Assembly (NCBI GenBank): GCA_964552755.1
Contig: CAZKHX010000001.1
Coordinates: forward strand, 18,007 to 82,006
From: Candidatus Micrarchaeota archaeon
Lineage (GTDB): Archaea > Micrarchaeota > Micrarchaeia > Anstonellales > Bilamarchaeaceae
Reading direction: 5' to 3'
Length of the DNA stretch: 64,000 bases
The notes beneath the pieces are model-generated. The model was not told where the DNA came from. It saw only the letters and a list, made by a program, of their open reading frames with translations, and ran no database searches. This document shows positions 38,679 to 47,538 of the stretch, one piece after another (the first letter of the stretch is position 1; each line of letters opens with the position of its first letter). The translations under genes were made by a program, and so were the position numbers.

Positions 38679-39911
38679 ATGGAGCTGATTGCCGACCTGC
38701 ATATACACTCCAAATATTCGCGCGCCACCAGCCCGCAGTGCGATCTTGAAGGGCTTTCGGAATGGGCCCGCATAAAGGGCATAGGCCTTCTGGGCACAGG
38801 AGATTTCACGCACCCGAAGTGGAGGAAGGAGCTGAAGCAGAAGCTCAAGCCCGCGGAAGACGGCCTTTTCATGCACAATGAAATAAAGTATGTGCTGCAG
38901 GCAGAGGTGAGCAACATCTTCCGCAGGGGCGAGAAGCTCAAGAAGCTGCATACAATCCTCTATTCGCCTTCTTTTGAGGTTGCGGAGCAGGTTTCTGATG
39001 CGATTGGGAAACACGGCAATCTTGCGGAGGATGGCAGGCCCATCCTCACAATGGATGTCATGGAGATGCTGGATACGTTTTTTTCGCTTTCCGATGAGCT
39101 TGTGGTTGTGCCTGCGCACGCCTGGACCCCCTGGTTCGGCATATTTGGCTCGAAATCGGGCTTTGATTCGCTGAAAGAAGCGCTGGGAAAGCATGCGAAG
39201 CGCATATTTGCAATTGAAACAGGCCTGAGCAGCGACCCGGGGATGAACTGGATGCTCAGCGGATTGGATGGCGTCTCCCTCATTTCCAACAGCGACGCGC
39301 ACTCGCCGCCGAAGCTCGGGAGGGAGGCAAACGTTTTCTCGCTCCCGGAGCTTTCCTACAAAGCATTGATGGATGCGATAAGGACGCACAAGGGATTCGT
39401 GAAAACATACGAATTCTATCCAGAGGAGGGAAAATACCATTGGGACGGGCACAGGAACTGCGGGATATTCATGTCCCCCCGGGAGGCAATGAAGCACAGG
39501 GACATATGCCCGAAATGCAGGAAGCCGCTTACAGTGGGGGTACTGCACCGCGTGGTGGCGCTTGCCGACCGCAGGGAAGGGGAGAAGCCCGAAGGCGCGG
39601 TTCCGTACACCAGCCTGGTTCCGCTCGCCACAGTGATTTCCGCGGTGCGGGGCAGGGGCGAGCAGACAAAAGGCGTTAAAGACGAGTATTTCAAGCTCGT
39701 GAACTACTTTGGCACAGAGTTTGCGGCGCTGGAGGCGCCGGAGAGCGAGCTCGCGCTGGCCTCCGATGCGGAATTGGCGCGCGGGGTCGTTGCCGCAAGG
39801 GAGGGGAAGGTGCACTGGAGGCCGGGCTACGATGGGGTTTTCGGGGAGCTTTCCTTTTCCGCGCAGGTGCCCCAGCAGGACAAATCCCAGACGGCGCTTA
39901 CCGATTTTTAA
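38679..39911 (+). CDS. endoQ: Endonuclease Q family (PHP domain plus Zn finger)
   Basis: ADLHIHSKYSRATS, GTGDFTHP, PAHAWTP, ETGLSSD, NSDAHS, GKYH..HRNC, CPKC, PGYDG. Confidence 0.9.
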   Translation: MELIADLHIHSKYSRATSPQCDLEGLSEWARIKGIGLLGTGDFTHPKWRKELKQKLKPAEDGLFMHNEIKYVLQAEVSNIFRRGEKLKKLHTILYSPSFEVAEQVSDAIGKHGNLAEDGRPILTMDVMEMLDTFFSLSDELVVVPAHAWTPWFGIFGSKSGFDSLKEALGKHAKRIFAIETGLSSDPGMNWMLSGLDGVSLISNSDAHSPPKLGREANVFSLPELSYKALMDAIRTHKGFVKTYEFYPEEGKYHWDGHRNCGIFMSPREAMKHRDICPKCRKPLTVGVLHRVVALADRREGEKPEGAVPYTSLVPLATVISAVRGRGEQTKGVKDEYFKLVNYFGTEFAALEAPESELALASDAELARGVVAAREGKVHWRPGYDGVFGELSFSAQVPQQDKSQTALTDF

Positions 39912-39937
39912 AACCACCCATCCAAATCAGAGCAGGT

Positions 39938-40282
39938 GTGAGCATGATTGAGACCATGAAGGAGCTCAAGTCCGAATTGCGTGGGATAAGGCAGGACATA
40001 CGCAGGTCAGGGATGCGCGCAGACCCGGTGATAGTGGCCAGCTGGCTTGACAGGATGGTCATCTGCATGGAGAAGGCGATGGATTCCGTGGACCTCATGC
40101 AGGAGCGTGTTGACGTAATGAGCGGCCCCGCATTCAGGGCTTCGGGCGCGGCAAGGAAGGCGGGGGCGGGGAAGCCCGCGCGGAGGAAAGCCGCGAAGAA
40201 GCCCGAGAGGAAAAAAACTGCGAAGAAGAAAGCTTCCAGGGCGAAGAAGGCAAAAAGGCCTGCAAGGAAAAGGAAGAGGTAG
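39938..40282 (+). CDS. Coiled-coil protein with Lys/Arg/Ala-rich C-terminal tail
   Basis: AGGTG SD; basic low-complexity tail; same strand and adjacent to glyS. Confidence 0.7.
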   Translation: MSMIETMKELKSELRGIRQDIRRSGMRADPVIVASWLDRMVICMEKAMDSVDLMQERVDVMSGPAFRASGAARKAGAGKPARRKAAKKPERKKTAKKKASRAKKAKRPARKRKR

Positions 40283-40293
40283 GTGTTTCAACG

Positions 40294-41778
40294 ATGGATT
40301 TGCACGAGCGCATCTACGAGCTTGCGCTGACACGCTCGTTTTTCTTTCCCGGGAATGAGCCGTACGGCCAGGTTTCGGGATTTTATGATTACGGCCCCAC
40401 AGGAGTGCTCATAAAGAAGAAAATAGAGGACCTCTGGAGGAGGAAGTTCCTCAGGAATGAAGGATTCCATGAGGTGGAAACCGCACTCATCACGCCCGAG
40501 CCGGTGCTGGTCGCTTCGGGCCACGTAAAGAGCTTCGGCGACCCGGTGGCCGAGTGCATGGGGTGCAAATCCAAAGTGCGCGCGGACTTGCTTTACGAGG
40601 AATACGCAAAGAAGAGGTGGGACGGCAAGATGGAGACCCTTGCAAAGGAATTTGCGAAGGGAGGGATAACCTGCCCGGCCTGCGGGGGGAAATTCGAAGA
40701 GCCCTACATGTTCAACCTTATGTTCAAAACGGGCATCGGCGGCTCGCTGGCGCCAGCTTATTCGCGGCCCGAGACCGCGCAGGGGATATTCACCGCATTC
40801 CCGCGGATATTCCGCAACCACGGGATGAAGCTCCCGCTTGCCGTCGGGCAGGTGGGGAGGAGCTTCAGGAACGAGATTTCGCCCAGGAAGGGGCTTGTGC
40901 GCATGAGGGAATTCACCCAGCTCGAGCTGGAGTATTTCTTCGACCCGGAGGACAGGAGCTTCCCGAAGTTCAAGGAGGTGGAAAAGGAGAAGGTCAGGAT
41001 ACTGCCGCCCGGGGAAAATGGGCCTGTGGAGGCGACGCTCAGGGAAATCGTGAAGAAGAAATGGGCAACTGATGAAATAATGGCCTACTTCCTGCTCAAG
41101 CAGTGGGATTTCTACCGCTCGCTGAACATCCCGGAAGAGAAAATGTGGTTCAGGGTCCTTGAGCAGGGCGAGGTGCCGCATTATTCAATGGGGAACGTGG
41201 ACATGGAAGTGGACACTTCCTACGGGGTGATTGAAACCACGGGCAATGCATACCGCACGGATTTCGACCTTTCCGCGCATGCGAAAGAAAGCGGCAAGGA
41301 CATGGGCGTGCACGTGGAGGGCAAGAAAGGAAAGATAATCCCGCACGTGTTCGAGCTTTCGATGGGCGTGGACCGGCTTTTCTTCGTGCTGCTTGAGAGC
41401 TGCTACCGGCCGAAAAATGAGGAGAAGGACTGGGAATGGTTTGACTTCCCTCCTGCGATTGCGCCCTATGACGCCTGCGTGTTTCCCCTGATGAAAAAGG
41501 ACGGGCTTGCGGAGAAGGCGCAGGAGGTTGCGGGGATGCTCAGGGATGCGGGGCTCGACGTGTTCTACTATGCTTCCGGAAGCATCGGCAAGAGGTATGC
41601 CCGCGCGGACGAAATAGGCGTCCCTTACGCCATTACCATAGATTATGACACGCTGGAAGGGGATACTGTAACCGTGCGCTTCAGGAACGACGGGAAGCAG
41701 GAGCGCCTCAAGATACAGGAGCTTGCGGCGAAAATAAGGGAATTCAAAAAAGAAGGGAAAGTTTCCCTCGGTGATTAG
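40294..41778 (+). CDS. glyS: Glycine--tRNA ligase (alpha2, archaeal/eukaryotic type)
   Basis: FYDYGP, FNLMFKT, RPETAQGIF, FRNEISPR, MREFTQ, SIGKRYARADEIG. Confidence 0.97.
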   Translation: MDLHERIYELALTRSFFFPGNEPYGQVSGFYDYGPTGVLIKKKIEDLWRRKFLRNEGFHEVETALITPEPVLVASGHVKSFGDPVAECMGCKSKVRADLLYEEYAKKRWDGKMETLAKEFAKGGITCPACGGKFEEPYMFNLMFKTGIGGSLAPAYSRPETAQGIFTAFPRIFRNHGMKLPLAVGQVGRSFRNEISPRKGLVRMREFTQLELEYFFDPEDRSFPKFKEVEKEKVRILPPGENGPVEATLREIVKKKWATDEIMAYFLLKQWDFYRSLNIPEEKMWFRVLEQGEVPHYSMGNVDMEVDTSYGVIETTGNAYRTDFDLSAHAKESGKDMGVHVEGKKGKIIPHVFELSMGVDRLFFVLLESCYRPKNEEKDWEWFDFPPAIAPYDACVFPLMKKDGLAEKAQEVAGMLRDAGLDVFYYASGSIGKRYARADEIGVPYAITIDYDTLEGDTVTVRFRNDGKQERLKIQELAAKIREFKKEGKVSLGD

Positions 41779-42069
41779 ATGACTATGATAGTAGCGCCAG
41801 AAGACCTCGTCCTGAAAGTTGCCGCGGGAATGATGTCGCAGGATGATGCGCTCCTTGTCCTAAAGCGCCTGGAAAAAGGCGAGGAAGGGACTCCCGAGGC
41901 TGTGGAGCGGTTCAGGGAAATCAGGAAGGACATAATCTCGGCGAATGTGCTCCGCTGCACAAGGGAAGGGAATTGCAGCATCTTCGTAAAAAGAACAAGG
42001 AGGGATGCTGCCGGGCAGCCCCCAGCGCGCGGCAGCAAAATGAAGAATCGAACCGGAGCTACCTCCTGA
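41779..42069 (+). CDS. Hypothetical protein
   Basis: ATG directly after the glyS stop with GGTGA SD. Confidence 0.45.
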   Translation: MTMIVAPEDLVLKVAAGMMSQDDALLVLKRLEKGEEGTPEAVERFREIRKDIISANVLRCTREGNCSIFVKRTRRDAAGQPPARGSKMKNRTGATS

Positions 42070-42457
42070 TTCCGAGGGCCTCTTTCGTTTTTTCAACCTG
42101 CGCGCCCGCAGGCTTTACCGCAACTTCGGTGTGCTCATTGCTCCTGCTCACAATGTACAAGCTCTGCAGGTCTACGCCCCTGTTCGCAAGCTTTCGCGTG
42201 AGCTTGCCGAGCTCGCCCGGCCTGTTCGGGAGCTTCACCACGACCACTTCGGAGAGGGACACACCGCTTACGCCCGGGACCTTCTCCACGAGCTTCTTTG
42301 CGCTGTTGGGGTCCCCGGTAAGCACCCGGAATACCGCATTGCCGCCCTGCTCGTACGCGGAAATCGCCTCTATGTTCACCCCTGCCCCCCCGAGGGCTTC
42401 CGCAATCGCCGCGAGGGCGCCTACCCTGTTGTCCGTAATAATGGTCACTTCATCCAT
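42059..42457 (-). CDS. Tandem ACT-domain protein
   Basis: DNRVGALAAIAEALGGAGVNI and NRPGELGKLTRKLANRGVDL. Confidence 0.88.
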   Translation of the reverse strand: MDEVTIITDNRVGALAAIAEALGGAGVNIEAISAYEQGGNAVFRVLTGDPNSAKKLVEKVPGVSGVSLSEVVVVKLPNRPGELGKLTRKLANRGVDLQSLYIVSRSNEHTEVAVKPAGAQVEKTKEALGIRR

Positions 42458-42566
42458 GCCTGCCACCAAGTAGGTTTTCCAGCGAGAGTTTTTAACCCTA
42501 CTGAAAACCTTAAAAACCCTTGAACACACAATTATAACTTAGACCACTAGCAGGGGCTGGGATGAC

Positions 42567-43565
42567 ATGAAAGGCGACAAAATGATGTTCTGCAAAGCGG
42601 CACTCAGCGGCGGCATCAGGGACGGCCGCATGCCGCTCTATGCAATTTCAAAGTTCATACGCCATTTCCGGGGCTCTCCGGACGCTTCGGAAATTGCGCG
42701 CATAACAGCGGGCAGGCTCGCGGACCTCAGGCAGTACCGGCTTTCCGCAGTTTTTTACATGCACGGCGGGGACAATGCCGCTGCCGCGGCGCAGCTCCGC
42801 ACCGGAGGGATGTATTACCCGGCCGTTTACAACCTCTTGCTTGCAGGGAAGGAAGGCGAAGCGTTCCGGCTCGCGGAAAGGATTGCCGGGCAGGGGAACA
42901 GCCGCGTCCAGGGCTTCTTCGACACGATGTCTTCGCGGGCGCATGAGGCGGATATGCTGCTCTCAGACGGAAAGTATGCGGATGCAGTGCCTTCACTGCT
43001 TTCTTTCATGCTCATGCGCGAGGCAACCGGGTGCGCGGAGATGCTGGAACAGGGCAGGCCATACCAGGCATTGGACACATATCTCATGACAGGCATGCTG
43101 AGCGCGGCATTTGAGGTTTTCTTCAGTACCATGGGTACCGCGCTCAGGACAAAGGGCGCAGCTGACCCGCGCGCGCAGGCGCTTGAGCTCATGGGATTTT
43201 CAGCACAGAGCCTTTCTGACAGCTGCCTCAGGCGCGAACTGCACTTTGAAAGCGCCACCTTCAATATACTCGGCCTTGATTTCCTTACGCTGCTTGGGGA
43301 AGCGGTTGAAGTGATGCCCGACATGGGCCTCAGGAACCCTCTTGCCGCGGGCCGTATGGCCCTGGAAAAAGGGAATGCGGAGCTTGCGCTCGAGCTGGGG
43401 AAGAAAATGGAAGAGATGGGGCTTCACCTGTCTGCGGCCGAAATATACGGCGAAATGGGGCAGCTGCCGCTGCAGGCGGCGAACCTTGCGCTTGCAGGGG
43501 AGTTTGAGCGCGCAAATGAGCACCGGCTTAGCATGGAGCGGAAAGCAACCGCAAGGGAAGCGTAA
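42567..43565 (+). CDS. Hypothetical all-helical (TPR/solenoid-like) protein
   Basis: Repeated A..Y...G helical pairs. Confidence 0.6.
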   Translation: MKGDKMMFCKAALSGGIRDGRMPLYAISKFIRHFRGSPDASEIARITAGRLADLRQYRLSAVFYMHGGDNAAAAAQLRTGGMYYPAVYNLLLAGKEGEAFRLAERIAGQGNSRVQGFFDTMSSRAHEADMLLSDGKYADAVPSLLSFMLMREATGCAEMLEQGRPYQALDTYLMTGMLSAAFEVFFSTMGTALRTKGAADPRAQALELMGFSAQSLSDSCLRRELHFESATFNILGLDFLTLLGEAVEVMPDMGLRNPLAAGRMALEKGNAELALELGKKMEEMGLHLSAAEIYGEMGQLPLQAANLALAGEFERANEHRLSMERKATAREA

Positions 43566-43706
43566 ACATTTTTCAAAAATTTATTTGCGGATTTTTTTGC
43601 GCAAAAGAACGGAATTCATTTGTTTTTGGGTTTTTTTGCGCGTTTTTTTGCAAAAAACAGCGAAAGGTTTATTTAATTAATTGCAATTAGTTCCCCAGTG
43701 ATTGAG

Positions 43707-43802
43707 ATGGCAGCAAAAAAGAAGAAAGCCACAAAAAAGAAAGCAACAAAGAAAAAGACCAAGAAGAAAACGACCAAGAAAAAAGCAAAGAAGAAGAGAT
43801 AG
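43707..43802 (+). CDS. 31-aa Lys-rich micro-protein (H1-tail/protamine-like)
   Basis: MAAKKKKATKKKATKKKTKKKTTKKKAKKKR; upstream CAGCGAAAGGTTTATTTAA promoter; below the ORF-track cutoff. Confidence 0.75.
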   Translation: MAAKKKKATKKKATKKKTKKKTTKKKAKKKR

Positions 43803-43924
43803 GTCTTTCTAAGGTCGTGTATTCGGTCTTTCTTTGTCTAATTTTGTTTTTTCACCGCCCCAGAATTTTTGCCGCAGCGGAAAGGTTTAATTAGATTTCT
43901 GCATTATCTGCGCAGGTGTTTTGC

Positions 43925-44035
43925 ATGGCAGCAAAGAAAAAAAAGGCAACAAAGAAGAAAACAACAAAGAAGACTGCAAAAAAGAAATCCGCAAAAAACA
44001 AGTCCATGAAAAAGAAGGGCTGCAGCTGTTGCTGA
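43925..44035 (+). CDS. 36-aa Lys-rich micro-protein ending in CSCC
   Basis: MAAKKKKATKKKTTKKTAKKKSAKNKSMKKKGCSCC; own CAGCGGAAAGGTTTAATTA promoter and AGGTG SD. Confidence 0.72.
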   Translation: MAAKKKKATKKKTTKKTAKKKSAKNKSMKKKGCSCC

Positions 44036-44131
44036 TTTCCCCCTAATTCTTCCTGATTTTTTCCGGGTCGGAGCAAGCATTCAAAGTTGCTGTGCGCAAT
44101 CCAGCTGGCAATTGCATTGGCGGATGCAAAG

Positions 44132-44215
44132 CGCCGGGGGTGGGATTTGAACCCACGAATCCTTGCGGAAAACAGGTTAGCAACCTGCCGCCCTGCCGGA
44201 CTAGGCGACCCCAGC
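44132..44215 (-). tRNA. tRNA-Ser(GCT)
   Basis: Cloverleaf with long variable arm, loop TTGCTAA, GTTCAAATC, discriminator G. Confidence 0.93.
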
Positions 44216-44293
44216 AAAAGTATACCCTTAGTTCAGTGTAGTTATTAAAAACCATTCCAGCCGCGCGCAGGGGAAGCGTTATAAATTTTATAT

Positions 44294-44608
44294 TTGTATA
44301 GTTGGGCAGGCGATCAGTTGGGAACGGCAGTGCGGCAGTACTATAGTATCGAGATGTGCAGGTTGCGTATGCTACAGCGCAGGAAGAATGGCCGCAAGCC
44401 CTTTTTGTCCGAAGAAAAGCTTTCCAAGATGCAAAAGCGCCTCCTTAGCGCCTTTGCCGAAGAGGCGGATCCGGAAAGGAAGCAGCGCCTTCATTCCCAG
44501 CTTAGTTACGTGCTTTCGGAGCTCTACAACCTTAGGGAAGGCCGCGATCCGCTGGTGGACCCTGTGACAGAAAAGCAGATGAATTTTTCAGGGTACTTCA
44601 TGGAATAG
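44294..44608 (+). CDS. Hypothetical protein (start uncertain)
   Basis: ORF between tRNAs, preceded by TTATAAA. Confidence 0.55.
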   Translation: MYSWAGDQLGTAVRQYYSIEMCRLRMLQRRKNGRKPFLSEEKLSKMQKRLLSAFAEEADPERKQRLHSQLSYVLSELYNLREGRDPLVDPVTEKQMNFSGYFME

Positions 44609-44648
44609 CGGATTTTTGTCCATGGGGAACAATATGTAAAAGTAAATA

Positions 44649-44716
44649 TGGACTCATGGGGATTCAGTTGCGCCCTGCGCTCCAATCCAACGGCAGAGCC
44701 GTTGGTCACACCCCCG
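44649..44716 (-). repeat. Interrupted duplicate of the tRNA-Ala 3' end (att-like)
   Basis: TGGACTCAtGGGGATTC (44649-44665) matches TGGACTCAgGGGGATTC (44843-44859); CACCCCCG recurs after a ~42-nt insert. Confidence 0.7.
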
Positions 44717-44842
44717 TAGAAAAATTCGACGATTAGGCCTCATGGTTTTGAGATGCCTGCTTCGCCACCGCAGTGGCGAGTTGGAGTGAGTGAAACGAAC
44801 GACTGATTGCCCGCAGAACGCCGTAGGACAAAAGCGGGTAGT

Positions 44843-44914
44843 TGGACTCAGGGGGATTCGCACCCCCGGCCTCTCGCGTGCGAGGCGAGCGCTCTACTGC
44901 TGAGCTATGAGCCC
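44843..44914 (-). tRNA. tRNA-Ala(CGC)
   Basis: GGGCTCA/TGAGTCC acceptor with G3:U70; loop CTCGCAC; T-loop TGCGAAT. Confidence 0.92.
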
Positions 44915-44943
44915 GAAAGCCCGATGAATGGGCGTGAGCGGCA

Positions 44944-45111
44944 TCAGTGCAAAACCACGAGCGGGATGACTCCCTTCGCCAGCTCTTCCTTGGCCACGGA
45001 GAGGAAATCCATCCCCTCATCCGGCTTTATGAGCGGCGGGGCGCCAAGCGAAAGCTGGAGCGACCTTGCGCCGATTATCCTGGCGAGCTCGAAGTTGTTC
45101 AGTTCTTCCAT
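44944..45111 (-). CDS. rpoK: RNA polymerase subunit K (Rpo6), 55 aa
   Basis: FELARIIGARSLQLSLGAP...AKEEL..GVIPL; below the ORF-track cutoff. Confidence 0.92.
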   Translation of the reverse strand: MEELNNFELARIIGARSLQLSLGAPPLIKPDEGMDFLSVAKEELAKGVIPLVVLH

Positions 45112-45116
45112 AACAA

Positions 45117-45782
45117 TCAACCCTTCGGAAACGGCTTCCGAGGCTTAGAAGTCTTGCCCATAACTTTTTTTAACTCTTTCAATTCCTCAAGAATCTCCTT
45201 CAGGTAGTTTATTTCGTCTTCCGATGCCGCCTTTTTCGGCTCAATGGCCCCCATCTCTTCCCGCTTTATCTCCCTCTTCTTCCTCTCCACTATCTCCATT
45301 GCCTTCTGGACGAAGTCCTGCGGGTCGGCCACCCCCTCTATTACGCCTTCGGCCTTGGGGTTCCCTCCGGCGGTCTCGATTTTCACAGTCGCTATCCCGA
45401 GCACCCTCTCAAGCACGCTCCTCATTACGTAGAGGTTCTGTATCTTCGTGTACGGGATGATCACCCTCTCCCTGTTGAACACTCCCTTGCTTATCCTTAT
45501 CCTCTTCTTGCCGAATTCGTAGGTATAATTCTGGTAGTTGAGCTCGACCCAGACTATATGGGGGAGCACTATCACGAGGGTAATGGAGAAGAACAGCAGT
45601 GGGAAGAACCCGCGGTCTATCCCGATGAGGGAGGTGAACAGCGCACCGGCGACCATTGTTGCCACTACCCAGAACAGAAGCCCGGCCCCGAGGATGTGCA
45701 GGGACCATGCTATCCTTACCCGAGGGTCCGGGTGGTGCACAAGGTGCTCCCCTGCCTCATCCACTTCGAGCTTGTCCACCAT
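45117..45782 (-). CDS. Membrane protein with bacterial PH (bPH_2) domain
   Basis: Two TM helices, then GVFNRERVIIPYTKIQN..LERVLGIATVKIETAGG. Confidence 0.85.
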   Translation of the reverse strand: MVDKLEVDEAGEHLVHHPDPRVRIAWSLHILGAGLLFWVVATMVAGALFTSLIGIDRGFFPLLFFSITLVIVLPHIVWVELNYQNYTYEFGKKRIRISKGVFNRERVIIPYTKIQNLYVMRSVLERVLGIATVKIETAGGNPKAEGVIEGVADPQDFVQKAMEIVERKKREIKREEMGAIEPKKAASEDEINYLKEILEELKELKKVMGKTSKPRKPFPKG

Positions 45783-45783
45783 A

Positions 45784-45889
45784 TGGGGCTGTAGGGATTT
45801 GAACCCTAACATGCAGGTTTCTTGAGAGAACTCCGCCGAAGCGGATCTCGCCTGGAGCCTGCCGCGCTACCTGGTTACGCCACAGCCCC
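45784..45889 (-). tRNA. tRNA-Trp(CCA) with 33-nt intron at 37/38 (45819-45851)
   Basis: GGGGCTG/CAGCCCC acceptor; GCAGG-CTCCAG|intron|A-CCTGC; GTTCAAATC. Confidence 0.9.
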
Positions 45890-46025
45890 TGCCCTTCCAT
45901 ATAGTTGTTATTAGGGCTTAAAAACCATTTGTTTGTGGGCGTTGATTAACTTTTGTTCAAAATAATCTCTGAATAGAAAACTCATTTATTTAAACATATA
46001 CTTAGATATCACCTGCGGTGGGCCA

Positions 46026-46139
46026 ATGTCTCCTCAGGAAAAGATAAAAAACGGGATTTGCCCGGTGTGTGACAATTCGCTTGTTTTCCAGGAAGGCTGC
46101 AAACTCTGCTACGGTTGCGGCTGGGAAGCATGCAGCTGA
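46026..46139 (+). CDS. 37-aa CPxC zinc-finger micro-protein
   Basis: MSPQEKIKNGICPVCDNSLVFQEGCKLCYGCGWEACS; GGTGG SD; TTTATTAAA upstream. Confidence 0.7.
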   Translation: MSPQEKIKNGICPVCDNSLVFQEGCKLCYGCGWEACS

Positions 46140-47485
46140 GAGAGAATATCCACTATCTCATCCACTATCTCCTTAGTGAACTCCCTCCTTACCCTCAGCG
46201 AAGCGGCCCTGCCGTGGCCTCCGCCCCCGAGGACGAGCTCGCCCATCCTTTTCTTCAAGTCCTCTATCACCATGTTGGCGTTTGCGCCCATTTCTGCCGC
46301 GCCGGCCGAGATTCGGATGGACATGCCGCCCTGCCATGCCCCGATTACCACTACCGGGTCTTCTGAAGCCACCAGGTCGAAGGCGCGGGTGGTGAGTTTC
46401 CCCCTCCCGGGGAATTCCTTCTGCCCCAGACCTTCCAAGTCTACGGTGTAAATGGCCGGCTTTCCACCGGAGCGCTTCTTCATCCTCTTTTTCAGCTCAT
46501 GCCTCACGTTTTCCAGCTTTTCCTTTGCCTGCACGAGGATGGAGGCGTAGGTTTCATTGTTTTCCAGCGCGTTGCGGTAGGATTCCAGGCTGTTGCCGAA
46601 TTCGGGGTGAGTGGCCATGAAGTCAATCGCAAGGGCCGTGTCCCGGTCTTCCCCCGTTACTTCCATTATTTCGCTTCTGTCGCCTGCGCAGGAAACTGCC
46701 GCGAGGGGCTCGAGCCCGGAGGAGCCGCAGGCGCGCGCCGCCTCCAGCGCAAGGTAGCCTGCAGGGTAGGTTGAGGCGCTTTCCTCTTTCCTTACTGCCC
46801 ACGGGGAAAGGAACACCGAACAGTATTCCTCTACTCTTTCGCAGGGCGGATGATGGTCGATGAGCAGCACTTCCGCGCCCCCTGCCTTCAGGAGGCGGAG
46901 CCCTTCCTCGCTTTCCTCCCCGGAGCCGATATCCACAAGTATCGCAAGGGGTTTCTTCTCGTGCCTTAGCACGCCCATGTCCTGCATTGCGTCATGGATG
47001 CGGTAGATTGCGGAATTCTGCTGGAAAGAGCGGGTTTTGAGCACGGAATCTATGGAAATTGCGCCAACTATGCCGTCCGCGTCGCTGTGGAAGCGGAGCA
47101 GGCAGAACCTGCCGGTCTTTTTGGCAGCAAGCAGCTTCCGGGCGGCCAGTTCTATGCGCGGCGCCAGCTCCTCCATAAGGCCGTCCGCAATGGGCTCCCG
47201 CACCTCCACCTGCGCATTTTCCTCCGCCCTCCCGAGGATCCCTTCGTAGGCGCCTTCCCGCTCCTGCACGAACTCGGGCTTCAGCTTCAGCGCCCCATCC
47301 TCTTCAATTACCGTGCCTTTTACGAACAGCTCCGTGCCCGGGCGGTAATTTTCCTCGGAGGATAACGCAATTTCACCTATGCCGTCCGTAATTGTGTGTT
47401 CGAAGCCGGTGCGGCCCTTCCTCTGGCCGGAGACCACGCATTCCTCGGCTATCTCCTGCCCTTCGGCAAGGTTCTTGAGGGGCAT
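46109..47485 (-). CDS. Archaeal RecJ-like DHH/DHHA1 phosphoesterase with N-terminal OB-like segment
   Basis: FHSDADG, LVDIGS, IDHHP, GGGGHGRAAS. Confidence 0.88.
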   Translation of the reverse strand: MPLKNLAEGQEIAEECVVSGQRKGRTGFEHTITDGIGEIALSSEENYRPGTELFVKGTVIEEDGALKLKPEFVQEREGAYEGILGRAEENAQVEVREPIADGLMEELAPRIELAARKLLAAKKTGRFCLLRFHSDADGIVGAISIDSVLKTRSFQQNSAIYRIHDAMQDMGVLRHEKKPLAILVDIGSGEESEEGLRLLKAGGAEVLLIDHHPPCERVEEYCSVFLSPWAVRKEESASTYPAGYLALEAARACGSSGLEPLAAVSCAGDRSEIMEVTGEDRDTALAIDFMATHPEFGNSLESYRNALENNETYASILVQAKEKLENVRHELKKRMKKRSGGKPAIYTVDLEGLGQKEFPGRGKLTTRAFDLVASEDPVVVIGAWQGGMSIRISAGAAEMGANANMVIEDLKKRMGELVLGGGGHGRAASLRVRREFTKEIVDEIVDILSQLHASQPQP

Positions 47486-47538
47486 GCTGATATTACGGGC
47501 CGCATAACCCTTAAAAAACGGCGAGCAGAAAACGCACC

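Noticed and set aside
43891-44217. Phe-rich minus-strand ORF
   Set aside because: Antisense shadow of the Lys-rich micro-gene and overlaps tRNA-Ser.
45819-45851. C/D-box guide RNA in the tRNA-Trp intron
   Set aside because: Only 33 nt, with no RUGAUGA or CUGA boxes.
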